Source: an uncultured delta proteobacterium | GTDB lineage: Bacteria > Myxococcota_A > Polyangia > Polyangiales > Polyangiaceae | NCBI GenBank assembly: GCA_963716725.1 | Contig: CAVQUB010000024.1 | Coordinates: 1 to 34,486, forward strand | DNA: 34,486 nt | Direction: 5' to 3' | Part shown: positions 20,319 through 29,366 of the stretch, piece by piece | How positions within the stretch are numbered: position 1 is the first letter of the stretch | Layout: each line of letters begins with the position of its first letter | Notes under the pieces: model-generated | What the model was told of the DNA's origin: nothing | What the model saw: the letters and a program-made list of their open reading frames with translations, nothing else | Database searches by the model: none | Position numbers and translations under genes: made by a program

Positions 20319-21908
20319 TCAGGTCGCCTGCTCTTTGATCTTGGCGAAGTGGACGTCGGGCCACTCTTTCTGCGTTGTCTCGAGGTGCCAGTTATTGCGT
20401 GCCATGAACACCGGAGCGCCGGTGTGATCCTCTGCCATGGCCGCCCGGTTTGCTTCGACGAAGCGCTTCATGACCTGCACGTCGGCGGCGTCGACCCAGC
20501 GCGCAGTGAACAGTTGCGTGCCCTCGAAGTGCACGGGAATGTCGTATTCGGTGCGGATCCGATCCGAGAGCACGTCGAACTGCAATGAGCCGACCACCCC
20601 CACGATGAAATTCGCCCCGAAGTGCGGCTTGAACACCCGCGCGGCGCCCTCCTCTGCGAGTTGCTCGAGGGCCCGGGTCAGGTGCTTGGTGCGCATCGGA
20701 TCGACGGGCCGGACCGACTGCAGGAGCTCCGGAGCGAAGCTCGGGATCCCGGTGAACTGAAGCGGCTCGCCCTCGGTCAAGGCGTCGCCGATGCGCAAGG
20801 TGCCGTGGTTCGGGATGCCGATGATGTCTCCGGCATACGCCTCCTCCGCGAGCTCGCGGTCGCGGGCCAGGAAGAGCACCGGGTTGTGCAGCGTCATCTG
20901 TTTGCCGCTGCGAACGTGCAAGAGCTTCATGCCGCGCTGAAAGTGCCCGGAACAGAGTCGCAAGAACGCGATCCGGTCTCGGTGCTTCGGGTCCATGTTC
21001 GCCTGGATTTTGAAGACGAAGCCGGAGACCGCCTCCTCCGAAGGGTCGACCAAGCGCGTGGTGGTTTTCTGCGGTCGGGGCGATGGCGCCAGCCGCATCA
21101 GTCCTTCCAGCAGCTCACGGACGCCGAAATTGTTGAGCGCGCTGCCGAAGAAGACGGGTGTCATGTGTCCGCCGCGGTAAGCGGCCAGATCGAAGCGCGG
21201 GCACAGGCCCCGCGCCATCTCGACCTCTTCGCGCAGCGTCTTGACCGCGCGCTCCGGCAGTTCGGCATCGAGCAGCGGGTCGTCCAGCCCCCGGCACTCT
21301 TGCACCTCGCTGCCGACGCGATCCGCTCGCTTTTCCATGAGCAGCAGGCGCTCTTGGAAGAGATCGTAGGAGCCGAGGAAATCCCGCCCCATGCCGATGG
21401 GCCAGCTCGCCGGGGTGACGTCGAGCGCCAGGCTGTCTTCGATCTCGCTCATCAGCTCGAAGGGATCACGCCCATCGCGATCTAGCTTGTTGATGAAGGT
21501 GATGATCGGCACGTCGCGCAGGCGACACACTTCGAAGAGCTTGAGCGTCTGCGCCTCGATGCCCTTGGCCGCGTCGATGACCATCACCGCCGAGTCCACC
21601 GCGGTCAGCGTGCGGTAGGTGTCTTCGCTGAAGTCCTGGTGACCGGGCGTGTCGAGCAGGTTGAAGTTGCCCGTCCTGTACTCGAAGGACATGGCCGAGA
21701 CGGTCACGGAGATGCCTCGCTCTTGCTCCACCTTCATCCAGTCCGAGCGCGCACGCCGGCGCTCGCCCCGGGCCTTCACGGCGCCAGCGAGCTGGATCGC
21801 ACCGCCGAACAAAAGCAGCTTCTCCGTCAACGTGGTCTTGCCCGCGTCGGGGTGCGAGATGATGGCGAAGGTGCGTCGCCGCGCGACTTCAGTGGAAAGA
21901 TCGGACAT
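20319..21908 (-). CDS. prfC: Peptide chain release factor 3
   Basis: RRTFAIISHPDAGKTTLTEKLLL, SDWM..EQERGIS, DTPGHQDFSEDTYRTL, NKLDR, FKIQANMDPKHRDR. Confidence 0.98.
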   Translation of the reverse strand: MSDLSTEVARRRTFAIISHPDAGKTTLTEKLLLFGGAIQLAGAVKARGERRRARSDWMKVEQERGISVTVSAMSFEYRTGNFNLLDTPGHQDFSEDTYRTLTAVDSAVMVIDAAKGIEAQTLKLFEVCRLRDVPIITFINKLDRDGRDPFELMSEIEDSLALDVTPASWPIGMGRDFLGSYDLFQERLLLMEKRADRVGSEVQECRGLDDPLLDAELPERAVKTLREEVEMARGLCPRFDLAAYRGGHMTPVFFGSALNNFGVRELLEGLMRLAPSPRPQKTTTRLVDPSEEAVSGFVFKIQANMDPKHRDRIAFLRLCSGHFQRGMKLLHVRSGKQMTLHNPVLFLARDRELAEEAYAGDIIGIPNHGTLRIGDALTEGEPLQFTGIPSFAPELLQSVRPVDPMRTKHLTRALEQLAEEGAARVFKPHFGANFIVGVVGSLQFDVLSDRIRTEYDIPVHFEGTQLFTARWVDAADVQVMKRFVEANRAAMAEDHTGAPVFMARNNWHLETTQKEWPDVHFAKIKEQAT

Positions 21909-21964
21909 TTCTCGGCTTCGGGCCGCGGACTATGACGGAGAACGCGCGGTCCTGCCAGGCACCC

Positions 21965-21980
21965 GTTCACACTATTTAAC
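21965..21980 (+). promoter_or_regulatory. Putative OmpR/CpxR-type direct-repeat box
   Basis: TTCAC-N5-TTAAC (revcomp GTTAA-N5-GTGAA), upstream of a CATCTT -10-like box (22014-22019) with no clear -35. Confidence 0.5.
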
Positions 21981-22037
21981 GTCTCGGATCGAAGGCCCGC
22001 AACACTGCTGCCCCATCTTGCCTTCGAAACGGAGGTC

Positions 22038-22535
22038 ATGATGTTTGGATTCGTGCTGGGAACGGCCTGCCTGATCGGGCTCGTCTGGGTGGTCCGTGGG
22101 CCGCGCCGCCTGGGATCGCGCTACGGCTGGGACTCGCGCCGCGCTCGTGACGAGGGCGAGCGGCGGGGCTTCGGCGGTCGCGCCTTCGTGCGCTGGCTCT
22201 TCGAGCGGCTCGACACCACGCCGGGGCAAGAACGCGTGATCCGCGCCGCAGTCGACGATCTGATGGACGGCGCCCACGCGGCGCGTCGAGACCTCGACGA
22301 CTCGCGCAAAGACGTAGCGCGGGCCCTGCGCGCCGATTCCTTCGATGCCGAAGCGATGGGCGAAGCCTTCTCGAAACACGACTCGGCCCTGGGTGCATTG
22401 CGACGGACCGCGGTGCAGAGCCTGGCTCGCACTCACGAGGCGCTCGACGAGCGTCAACGTCAGCGTCTGGCCGAATTGATCGAGTCAGGTCGCGGGCGCA
22501 GCTGGCACGGCCCGTACAGAAGCCACGTTCGATAG
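22038..22535 (+). CDS. Spy/CpxP-like (periplasmic heavy-metal sensor family) protein
   Basis: N-terminal TM; LDTTPGQ and ALDERQRQRL (LTxxQ-like motifs); helical; RBS GGAGG. Confidence 0.8.
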   Translation: MMFGFVLGTACLIGLVWVVRGPRRLGSRYGWDSRRARDEGERRGFGGRAFVRWLFERLDTTPGQERVIRAAVDDLMDGAHAARRDLDDSRKDVARALRADSFDAEAMGEAFSKHDSALGALRRTAVQSLARTHEALDERQRQRLAELIESGRGRSWHGPYRSHVR

Positions 22536-22545
22536 GAGAACAGAC

Positions 22546-22749
22546 ATGAAGCGGAAGCTATTGATTGGGGCCTTGGCGTTCGGAACCTTGCTCGGCTACG
22601 GCGGCTGCGCCGCGCGAGTCGTGCACCAGCGCGCTCAGCACGGCGCTTGGGGGCATCGCCGCGCGAGCTTCGAGGAGCGGGTCGCCAGGATTTGCGCCGA
22701 CGCAGCCCTGCGAGTGAGGGCGGATGCGCCAGCCAACGCTCCGCGCTGA
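22546..22749 (+). CDS. Small exported/membrane protein (67 aa)
   Basis: RBS AGGAG; MKRKLLIGALAFGTLLGYGGC signal-like sequence; RASFEERVARICADAA; fits tightly in the operon. Confidence 0.75.
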   Translation: MKRKLLIGALAFGTLLGYGGCAARVVHQRAQHGAWGHRRASFEERVARICADAALRVRADAPANAPR

Positions 22750-22761
22750 TAGAGTCGCGGC

Positions 22762-23448
22762 ATGGCGCTCCGGGTCTTGCTCATCGACGACGACGCTCGC
22801 CTGTCGGAGCTCCTCGTGGGTTACCTGGCTCCGCACGGCGTGGCGCTGAGCCGAGCGCGGGACGGGGTCGCGGGGCTCTCCATGATCGAAACCGACTTCT
22901 TCGATGCCGTGCTCTTGGACGTGATGATGCCGGGCATCGACGGCCTCGAAGTGCTCCGGCGTCTGCGCCAGAAGACCAAGGTGCCGGTGATCATGCTGAC
23001 GGCTCGAGGGGACGAATCGGACCGCATCGTTGGGCTCGAGCTCGGCGCTGACGACTACATGCCAAAGCCCTTCAGCCCGCGTGAGCTGTTGGCGCGGCTC
23101 AGGGCCGTGCTTCGCCGTGCCCAACCCGATGCCGTCGGAGAGCGCGTCTCGGCTCAAGACCTGGTGCTCGACGTCGGCTCGCGTCGCACCACCGTCGGCG
23201 GACGGGAAGTGGAGCTCACCGGTATCGAGTTCGACATCCTGGTTGCCTTGGTGCGTCGCGCCGGTCGAGTGGTGCCGCGGGGCGCGCTCTTGGACGAAGC
23301 AGGCCGCGGAGACGTCGCGGTCGGGGAGCGTACCGTCGACGTGCACATCTCGCGCCTGCGCAAGAAGATCGGTGACGATCCCAAGAACCCGCGGCGCATC
23401 AAGACGGTCCGCGGGATCGGCTACGTCCTGCCCCGCGAGGCGCCCTAG
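22762..23448 (+). CDS. OmpR-family response regulator
   Basis: LLIDDD, LDVMMPGIDG, GADDYMPKPF, RTVDVHISRLRKK, IKTVRGIGY. Confidence 0.97.
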   Translation: MALRVLLIDDDARLSELLVGYLAPHGVALSRARDGVAGLSMIETDFFDAVLLDVMMPGIDGLEVLRRLRQKTKVPVIMLTARGDESDRIVGLELGADDYMPKPFSPRELLARLRAVLRRAQPDAVGERVSAQDLVLDVGSRRTTVGGREVELTGIEFDILVALVRRAGRVVPRGALLDEAGRGDVAVGERTVDVHISRLRKKIGDDPKNPRRIKTVRGIGYVLPREAP

Positions 23449-24699
23449 ATGGGCGTCCGCCGCTACGTCCGCTCGAGGCTGCACCGCCGGCTGTTCGTCT
23501 GGTTCGGCGCCTCGATCATCGTGACCGGTCTGGTCGTTGCGCTCTCGGCCCGCCTGCTCTTGGGCGGCGCCGATGGCGGATGGCAGCGCACGGTCGACCG
23601 CGGTCGTGCTTTCGTCGGAGGTCAGCTTGCGGACAGTTGGCACGATCCGGTGCGCCGCGACGCCTTCGCCCGGGCGGTCGCGCGCGATCTCGGAATGAGC
23701 ATCGTGCTCGAAGACGCCCGCGGAGTGCTGGTCGGAGCGTATGGTTCACCCTGCCTTCGACCCGACGTCGAGGCGCCAGTACGTCGCGACGAGCGCATTC
23801 TCGGCAACGCGAAGCTGTGCTTTCCAAAACGCGAGCGCCACGCCGGATTCGCGTTCCTCGCGCTCTTGGGTCTGGCGACGCTGATGCTCTGGGCCGCGTC
23901 CGGCGTGGTGGCTCGACGCCTGGTGCGCCCGTTGGGCGAGTTGGTGCGAGTCGCAGATGCCATCGGTAGGGGCGATCTCGCCGCTCGCGTCGCGCTGCGG
24001 CGGAACAAGGTCGGCGAGATTGGTGAGTTGGGCGACGCGATCAACGACATGGCCGATAGGATTCAGCGACAGATGGCCGATCAACGCGAGCTGCTGGCGG
24101 GCGTGAGCCACGAGATCCGGTCGCCCTTGGCGCGACTGCGCGTGCTGGCGGAGTTGGCCCAAGAGCGCGAGCCCAAGATCGGTCGTGATATCGAGGGCGA
24201 AGTCCTCGAGATCGACTCGTTGGTCGGGGAACTTTTGGCCAGCTCCAGGCTCGACTTCGGGGTGCTCGAGCGTCGCGAGATCGACGCGCGCGAGCTGTGT
24301 GAGCGTTGCCTCGAACGCAGCGGGCTTGACGCGAGCCTCTTGGACTTCGTGGCCGTTGAATCGAAGCTTTTCGGCGACCCGACCTTGCTCGCGCGGGCGC
24401 TGACCAATCTGCTCGAGAACGCCAAGCAGCACGCCGGCGAGGTGACTCGGGTGAGTGTCACGCGGGAATCGACCGACACCGTGTTCTCGGTCGAAGATCG
24501 CGGCCCGGGCTTCTCCGGCCAAGACCTCTCGCTTGTTTTCGAGAAGTTCGTGCGCGGCGAGAAGAGCGCCGGTTCATCCCTTGGTCTCGGGCTCTCGCTG
24601 GTCCGCCGCATCGCGGAGGCGCATGGTGGACGAGCATGGGCCGACAATCGTAGCGAGGGTGGAGCGCGCGTGGCGTTCAGCGTACGACAGCAGGGCTGA
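23449..24699 (+). CDS. HAMP-domain sensor histidine kinase
   Basis: Two TMs, HAMP domain, H-box SHEIRSPLARL, N-box NLLENA, DRGPG, GLGLSLV. Confidence 0.97.
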   Translation: MGVRRYVRSRLHRRLFVWFGASIIVTGLVVALSARLLLGGADGGWQRTVDRGRAFVGGQLADSWHDPVRRDAFARAVARDLGMSIVLEDARGVLVGAYGSPCLRPDVEAPVRRDERILGNAKLCFPKRERHAGFAFLALLGLATLMLWAASGVVARRLVRPLGELVRVADAIGRGDLAARVALRRNKVGEIGELGDAINDMADRIQRQMADQRELLAGVSHEIRSPLARLRVLAELAQEREPKIGRDIEGEVLEIDSLVGELLASSRLDFGVLERREIDARELCERCLERSGLDASLLDFVAVESKLFGDPTLLARALTNLLENAKQHAGEVTRVSVTRESTDTVFSVEDRGPGFSGQDLSLVFEKFVRGEKSAGSSLGLGLSLVRRIAEAHGGRAWADNRSEGGARVAFSVRQQG

Positions 24700-24816
24700 G
24701 CGCCGCCCGACGAGCAGCCGCATCTCGCCCGAAACGAGGCGCGGCCGCTCGGGCCCAAGAAACCTCGCGTGGATCGCCCGGGGGCTTTCCGCTTATGCTG
24801 CTGGTCCCTGGTCGAA

Positions 24817-25920
24817 ATGAAGCCGAAGGACGAAGCTGCTGACACCGAGATCACGCGCGTGAACCAGTCGCGCGAGGCTCTGCTTCCGGCGGGCGGGCCG
24901 CCCCCCGCGCCACAGCGACCGGTGAGCATTCCGCCACGTCCGGTCTCGGCGCCGCCGCGCCCCTCCCCGGGGCCGGTCGTCCCGCGGCCAGCGCCCGCGC
25001 CGATCGCTCCTGCCCCGTTGCCCGTCGCCCGGCCACCGGCACCACCGGCACCATCGGCACCATCGAGCCTGCGTCCTCCGATCAGCTCCCCCGGCGCCCC
25101 GCTGCCCCCCAGCGTGCGGCCTCCACCGCCGAGCGTGCGTCCGCCACCACCCAGCATGCGCCCGCCACCACCCAGCATGCGACCCCCTCCCGCTGCTCCG
25201 ACCAGCTCACCCATCGCCGCGCCGTCGAGTGTGCGGCCCGCGCCGCCCAATCAGGAACTCGAACAAACCAAGCGGGTGCTCGCGACCAAGGTCGCGGAGC
25301 TTCGGGCGCTGCAGACCGAGCGCGAGACTTGGATCGCACGCATGGCGGAACGCGACTCGCGCATTCTGGAACTCGAGAGCGAGACCGCCGTCGAGCTGCC
25401 CCGACTCAGGACCCGCGTGGTCGATCTCGAGTCGGAGCTGTTGGTGGTGAAGGCGGACTTCAGCCGTTCGCAGCAGCTCGACGCAGAGGCGGCTGCACTG
25501 CGCGCGCAGGCGCGGCGCTTGGAAGCGACCTTGGCGGAGCGCGATGCGCTGGTCAGCGTCGTCGAGACCGCCCTCGCCGAGCGCGAGGCCCGCGTCGTCG
25601 AACTGGAGAACGCCGTCGCCCTGGAACGTACGCGAGCCGGTCGGCGCGAGGCCCGCGTCAGCGAGCTGGAGGCCGAGCTCGATAGTCTCGCCTGGTCGGC
25701 CGCGCCAGCGGACAATCTCACCCGGATCAAAGGCATTGGACCCAAGTTCCGAGAAGCGTTGCTCGCCGCGGGCTTCAGCAGCTTTTCGCAGATTGCGGCG
25801 TGGAACGAGGTCGATGTGACGACCGTGGCGGCCACGTTGCGCGTTCAGCCGGCCCGAATAGCGCGCGAAGGCTGGGTCGAATCAGCGCGGTTGCTCGCTC
25901 AAGGGCAACGCTCGGGCTGA
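24817..25920 (+). CDS. Pro-rich / coiled-coil protein with C-terminal helix-hairpin-helix domain
   Basis: Long heptad region followed by DNLTRIKGIGPK….L.AAG..SF.QIAAW…RI.REGWVESAR; TATGCT -10-like box at 24794. Confidence 0.8.
   Translation: MKPKDEAADTEITRVNQSREALLPAGGPPPAPQRPVSIPPRPVSAPPRPSPGPVVPRPAPAPIAPAPLPVARPPAPPAPSAPSSLRPPISSPGAPLPPSVRPPPPSVRPPPPSMRPPPPSMRPPPAAPTSSPIAAPSSVRPAPPNQELEQTKRVLATKVAELRALQTERETWIARMAERDSRILELESETAVELPRLRTRVVDLESELLVVKADFSRSQQLDAEAAALRAQARRLEATLAERDALVSVVETALAEREARVVELENAVALERTRAGRREARVSELEAELDSLAWSAAPADNLTRIKGIGPKFREALLAAGFSSFSQIAAWNEVDVTTVAATLRVQPARIAREGWVESARLLAQGQRSG
25099..25182. repeat. 21-bp degenerate tandem repeat x4 (P[LP]PPS[VM]R)
   Basis: CCGCCACCACCCAGCATGCG-like units. 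Confidence 0.85.
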
Positions 25921-27647
25921 CCTGCGGGATCGTCCAAGAACAACACGACCCGAGCGACCGAGACATCACCTTGTGTCGTGAGACCCTCGACGACGATGCC
26001 TTTGCAGAGCACTTCGCTACGGTTGACGTCGACCGTGACGCCCGACTTGTGCGCGAGCTTCGCCTCGCCCGCGCCGGGCACCACGTGCCGAACGCTGACA
26101 TCTAGTCCGGTCAAGAGCTCGGAGTAGGTCACCCTGAGGTGTCCGTGGGTCACTCCGGCGTCGGCCGTCTCGAGCAGGGCCATGCACACCGGCGGGGTCG
26201 GGCGTCCCGTGACCGAGACACACACCTCTGCGGTTCGATAGGTGGCGAGCAGCGAAGCCCCCTCTGCGTTCGCGTCGACGCCGCCGAGCCGTAGCGCGTA
26301 CACGTCGGCCGCCTCGAGGGCGGCATCGCAACCCTGGGGACCACAGCCGCGGCCCGACGGGCAGCCTTCGCTGCAGGCGGCGGGCAGGACTCCGGCGGGC
26401 GCGGCAGCCTCCGCGGCATCGCTCTCCAGGGCATCGGCGGACTCTGTCGGCGACGGTACAGCCGGAGGACGCGGGGGACGAACGACTGACGACCGCACCG
26501 GTTTCGCGGTCGGTGCGGGTGCGGTGGAGGGACTCCGCATCAACCAGGCGCCGACGCCGCCTGCCCCAACCGCGAACAAGACGGTGAGGAGCGGTAAGAC
26601 CCAGCTCGCCGATCGAGGTCGCTCTCTCTCGGGTCCGATTTCGACCGTCGAGACTCTCGCCGTCGAGCCGGACGGTTGTCGCTCGGCGAGCACGGTCGCG
26701 TCGAACATCGCCTGCGGTGTGGCGACGGCCGTCTGGTGTGGCAGGTCGCGTGACGGGCGAACGACGACGCTGTCGGGTGGCTGGCCCGTGATCGCCTCGA
26801 CCACGGCGCTGCCATCTGCGAGGCGATCGGCGGGTGTTGGCGCCAGGCACGACACGAGCACGCTGCGCCACGGACCGTCTACTTCGGTTTCGGCAGAGAT
26901 CCGGCTCGGGAGGGCGTGGGCGCGGTAGGCGCGGGTGTAGTCGACGGCGCTGGAGGTTGCCGGCAGGCCCGTCGGGTGCCGGCCCGAAAGCAGGAGCCAG
27001 CCCATGACGCCGAAGGCGAAGACGTCGATCCGGGGCGAGCTCTGATCTCCCTCGAAGGTCGCCGGGTCGAGCTGCTCTGGCGCGAGGTAGGGGACGGTGC
27101 CGACCACGGTGCCTTCTCGGGTCAGATTCTGGTCGTCGCCCGCGACGGCCGCGATGCCCAGATCCACGACCTTCACGCCGTCGGGTCGAGTCGGATCTGC
27201 CCAGAAACTCTCGCGCACGAGCACGTTGTCGAGCTTGACGTCGCGGTGCACCACGCCCTTCGAGTGCAGATAGGCCAGCGCGCGGGCGACGTGTTCGAGC
27301 ACCTGGGTCTTCTCACTCGGGCTGAGCCGGCCGCTACTCGCGAGCTGCCTCAGCGAGGTGCCCCGCACGAGTTCCATGGCGATGCCGAGGACGCCGAGCT
27401 TGAGATCTTCGAACAAGCTCACCGAACGCACCAGCGTTGGATGGTCCAGCTGGGCCAGGGCACGTGCTTCGCGTCGCGTCCGCTCGAGGTCGTTGGGTCT
27501 CCCGGCGATCACGGGCACGAGCTTCAGCGCGCAGGGAACGTTCGGTGCCAGCGGATCACTGGCCTTCCAAACCGCGCCCTGGCCGCCTTCGCCCAGCGCT
27601 TCGATCAGCACATAGCGATCGATCTTGATACCAGCCTGGAACTCCAC
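25899..27647 (-). CDS. Transmembrane Ser/Thr kinase with Cys-rich extracytoplasmic domain
   Basis: GEGGQG, ALKL, HRDVKLDN, DLG, GTVPYLAPE, DVFAFG; TM WVLPLLTVLFAVGAGGVGAWL; CSEGCPSGRGCGPQGC. Confidence 0.93.
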   Translation of the reverse strand: MEFQAGIKIDRYVLIEALGEGGQGAVWKASDPLAPNVPCALKLVPVIAGRPNDLERTRREARALAQLDHPTLVRSVSLFEDLKLGVLGIAMELVRGTSLRQLASSGRLSPSEKTQVLEHVARALAYLHSKGVVHRDVKLDNVLVRESFWADPTRPDGVKVVDLGIAAVAGDDQNLTREGTVVGTVPYLAPEQLDPATFEGDQSSPRIDVFAFGVMGWLLLSGRHPTGLPATSSAVDYTRAYRAHALPSRISAETEVDGPWRSVLVSCLAPTPADRLADGSAVVEAITGQPPDSVVVRPSRDLPHQTAVATPQAMFDATVLAERQPSGSTARVSTVEIGPERERPRSASWVLPLLTVLFAVGAGGVGAWLMRSPSTAPAPTAKPVRSSVVRPPRPPAVPSPTESADALESDAAEAAAPAGVLPAACSEGCPSGRGCGPQGCDAALEAADVYALRLGGVDANAEGASLLATYRTAEVCVSVTGRPTPPVCMALLETADAGVTHGHLRVTYSELLTGLDVSVRHVVPGAGEAKLAHKSGVTVDVNRSEVLCKGIVVEGLTTQGDVSVARVVLFLDDPAGQPERCP

Positions 27648-27651
27648 GCGA

Positions 27652-27828
27652 TCAGCGCCTGCCCTTGAAGCCCATCATCTGCTGCACGACGGCTTCGCTC
27701 TGCTCCGCAACCTCTTTGCCCTCGCGGACCTCGTCCGCGCAGCCCTCGCAGAGCTTCTTGGTCTTGCCATCGACTTTCACGCTCACCAGCTCGTCGGCGT
27801 CGTCGCCACAGCCTTTGCAGGTCGGCAT
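27652..27828 (-). CDS. 58-aa CxxC-x19-CxxC zinc-ribbon microprotein (absent from the ORF track)
   Basis: RBS AAGGAG 7 nt before ATG 27828; MPTCKGCGDDADELVSVKVDGKTKKLCEGCADEVREGKEVAEQSEAVVQQMMGFKGRR; TGA is 4 nt from the kinase start. Confidence 0.85.
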   Translation of the reverse strand: MPTCKGCGDDADELVSVKVDGKTKKLCEGCADEVREGKEVAEQSEAVVQQMMGFKGRR

Positions 27829-28001
27829 CGGTTCGCTCCTTTTGGAAACCAGCCCTCTCGCTACTCCAACGCTCTGGGCTGCTCAATGATTTCGCCCAGC
27901 GGGGGGCGGCCCTCGGCGGAAATCCAGCGGATCGTGCCTTCGTGGGAGAAGGCCCACCAAGCTTGCTGGCGCTCGGTGGGAAAACTAGGCTTGCTGGCCT
28001 C

Positions 28002-29366
28002 ATGGTCGCACGCCAGTGGGCGGCCGGCGACGTGCTCGCCGAAAAGTACCGGCTCGATCACGAGCTTGGCCGCGGAGGTATGGGCGCGGTCTGGCGCGCC
28101 AAGCACCTGGTGCTCCAGTCCACCGTCGCGGTGAAACTGGTGCTGAGTGCGGTGGCCAGCTCCGAGGCCCTGCGTGCGCGGTTCTTGCTCGAGGCTCAGT
28201 CCGCTGCGGCGCTTCGCAGTCCGCACGTCGTGCAGATCCTCGACTACGGTGTCCACGACGACACGCCCTTCATGGTCATGGAGCTGCTCGAGGGTGAGAG
28301 TCTGGCTCAGCGGCTCGCGCGCGTCGGTGTGCTCTCCGTCGAAGAGACGGCCCGCGTCGTCGTGCAGGTAGCCAGGGCCCTGCAGCGGGCTCAAGAGGCC
28401 GGCATCGTCCACCGCGATCTCAAACCCGACAACGTGTTCTTGGTCCGCAACGCGGACGAAGAAGTCGCGAAGGTGCTCGACTTCGGCATCGCGAAGGCGA
28501 TGACCGCGACCGAGACCGGCGTGCAGACCCAGAGCGGCGCGGTGCTCGGGACGCCGTACTATATGAGCCCGGAGCAGGCTCGAGGCACGCGTGCCGTCGA
28601 TCATCGCACGGATCTCTGGGCCCTCGGCGTGATTGCTTTCGAGTGTCTGACCGGGAGACGCCCCTTCGACGGCGCGGCGCTGGGCGACGTGCTGGTGAAG
28701 ATCTGCAGCGATCCGGTGCCCCTGCCCTCCAGCATTGCGCCGGTGCCGCCCGGCTTCGATGAGTGGATCCAGCGCGCTCTGGCCCGTGATCCCGATCGGC
28801 GCTTCTCTTCCGCTTCGGAGCTCTCAGAGGCGTTTCGACGGCTCGCGGGCACCGGCCCGCTCTCGCTCCCACCGGGGTCCGCCGCCGCCGCGGTGCTCGG
28901 CCCGGCGATGTCGGTCGGCCCGCCTTCATCGGCTTACTCGGCGCTGCCCTCGGCGGATCTCCTGCGACAGCCGGATCCGAAGCGGTCCGTGCTGGTGCTT
29001 GTGGTCGTGGCGCTGCTGGCAGTGGGTGCGTTTGCCACCCTGGCGGGGACCGCGGTCTACCTCCATGCCGAGGCCTCCAAGGCAGTCGCAGCGCCCAGCG
29101 ACCCCGCGCTGGACACACCGCCGGCTGCCCGCGGAGTCGAGTTGCTAGATGCCGTCGACGCATCGGATGCGGCGCCGCGCCCGACGGGTCGCGCGGTCGC
29201 GAGCAAGTTGTCGGGCGCCGACGCGGGTTCGAATTGGCGCTCGGAAGTGACCAAGGCTCAGGGCGACGCCAAGAAGGCCCAGGACGACGCCAAGAAGGCT
29301 CAGGACGACGCCAAGAAGGCCAGAGCGGCCGCCGAAGCGCTCCAGAAGACCTGGGGAGCTAAGTAG
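28002..29366 (+). CDS. Transmembrane Ser/Thr kinase with C-terminal heptad repeats
   Basis: GRGGMG, AVKL, HRDLKPDN, DFG, GTPYYMSPE, DLWALG; TM; TAGGCT -10-like box 10 nt before ATG 28002. Confidence 0.95.
   Translation: MVARQWAAGDVLAEKYRLDHELGRGGMGAVWRAKHLVLQSTVAVKLVLSAVASSEALRARFLLEAQSAAALRSPHVVQILDYGVHDDTPFMVMELLEGESLAQRLARVGVLSVEETARVVVQVARALQRAQEAGIVHRDLKPDNVFLVRNADEEVAKVLDFGIAKAMTATETGVQTQSGAVLGTPYYMSPEQARGTRAVDHRTDLWALGVIAFECLTGRRPFDGAALGDVLVKICSDPVPLPSSIAPVPPGFDEWIQRALARDPDRRFSSASELSEAFRRLAGTGPLSLPPGSAAAAVLGPAMSVGPPSSAYSALPSADLLRQPDPKRSVLVLVVVALLAVGAFATLAGTAVYLHAEASKAVAAPSDPALDTPPAARGVELLDAVDASDAAPRPTGRAVASKLSGADAGSNWRSEVTKAQGDAKKAQDDAKKAQDDAKKARAAAEALQKTWGAK
29253..29321 (+). repeat. 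21-bp tandem repeat x3.3 (KAQ[G/D]DAK)
   Basis: AAGGCYCAGGRCGACGCCAAG at 29253, 29274 and 29295. Confidence 0.9.
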
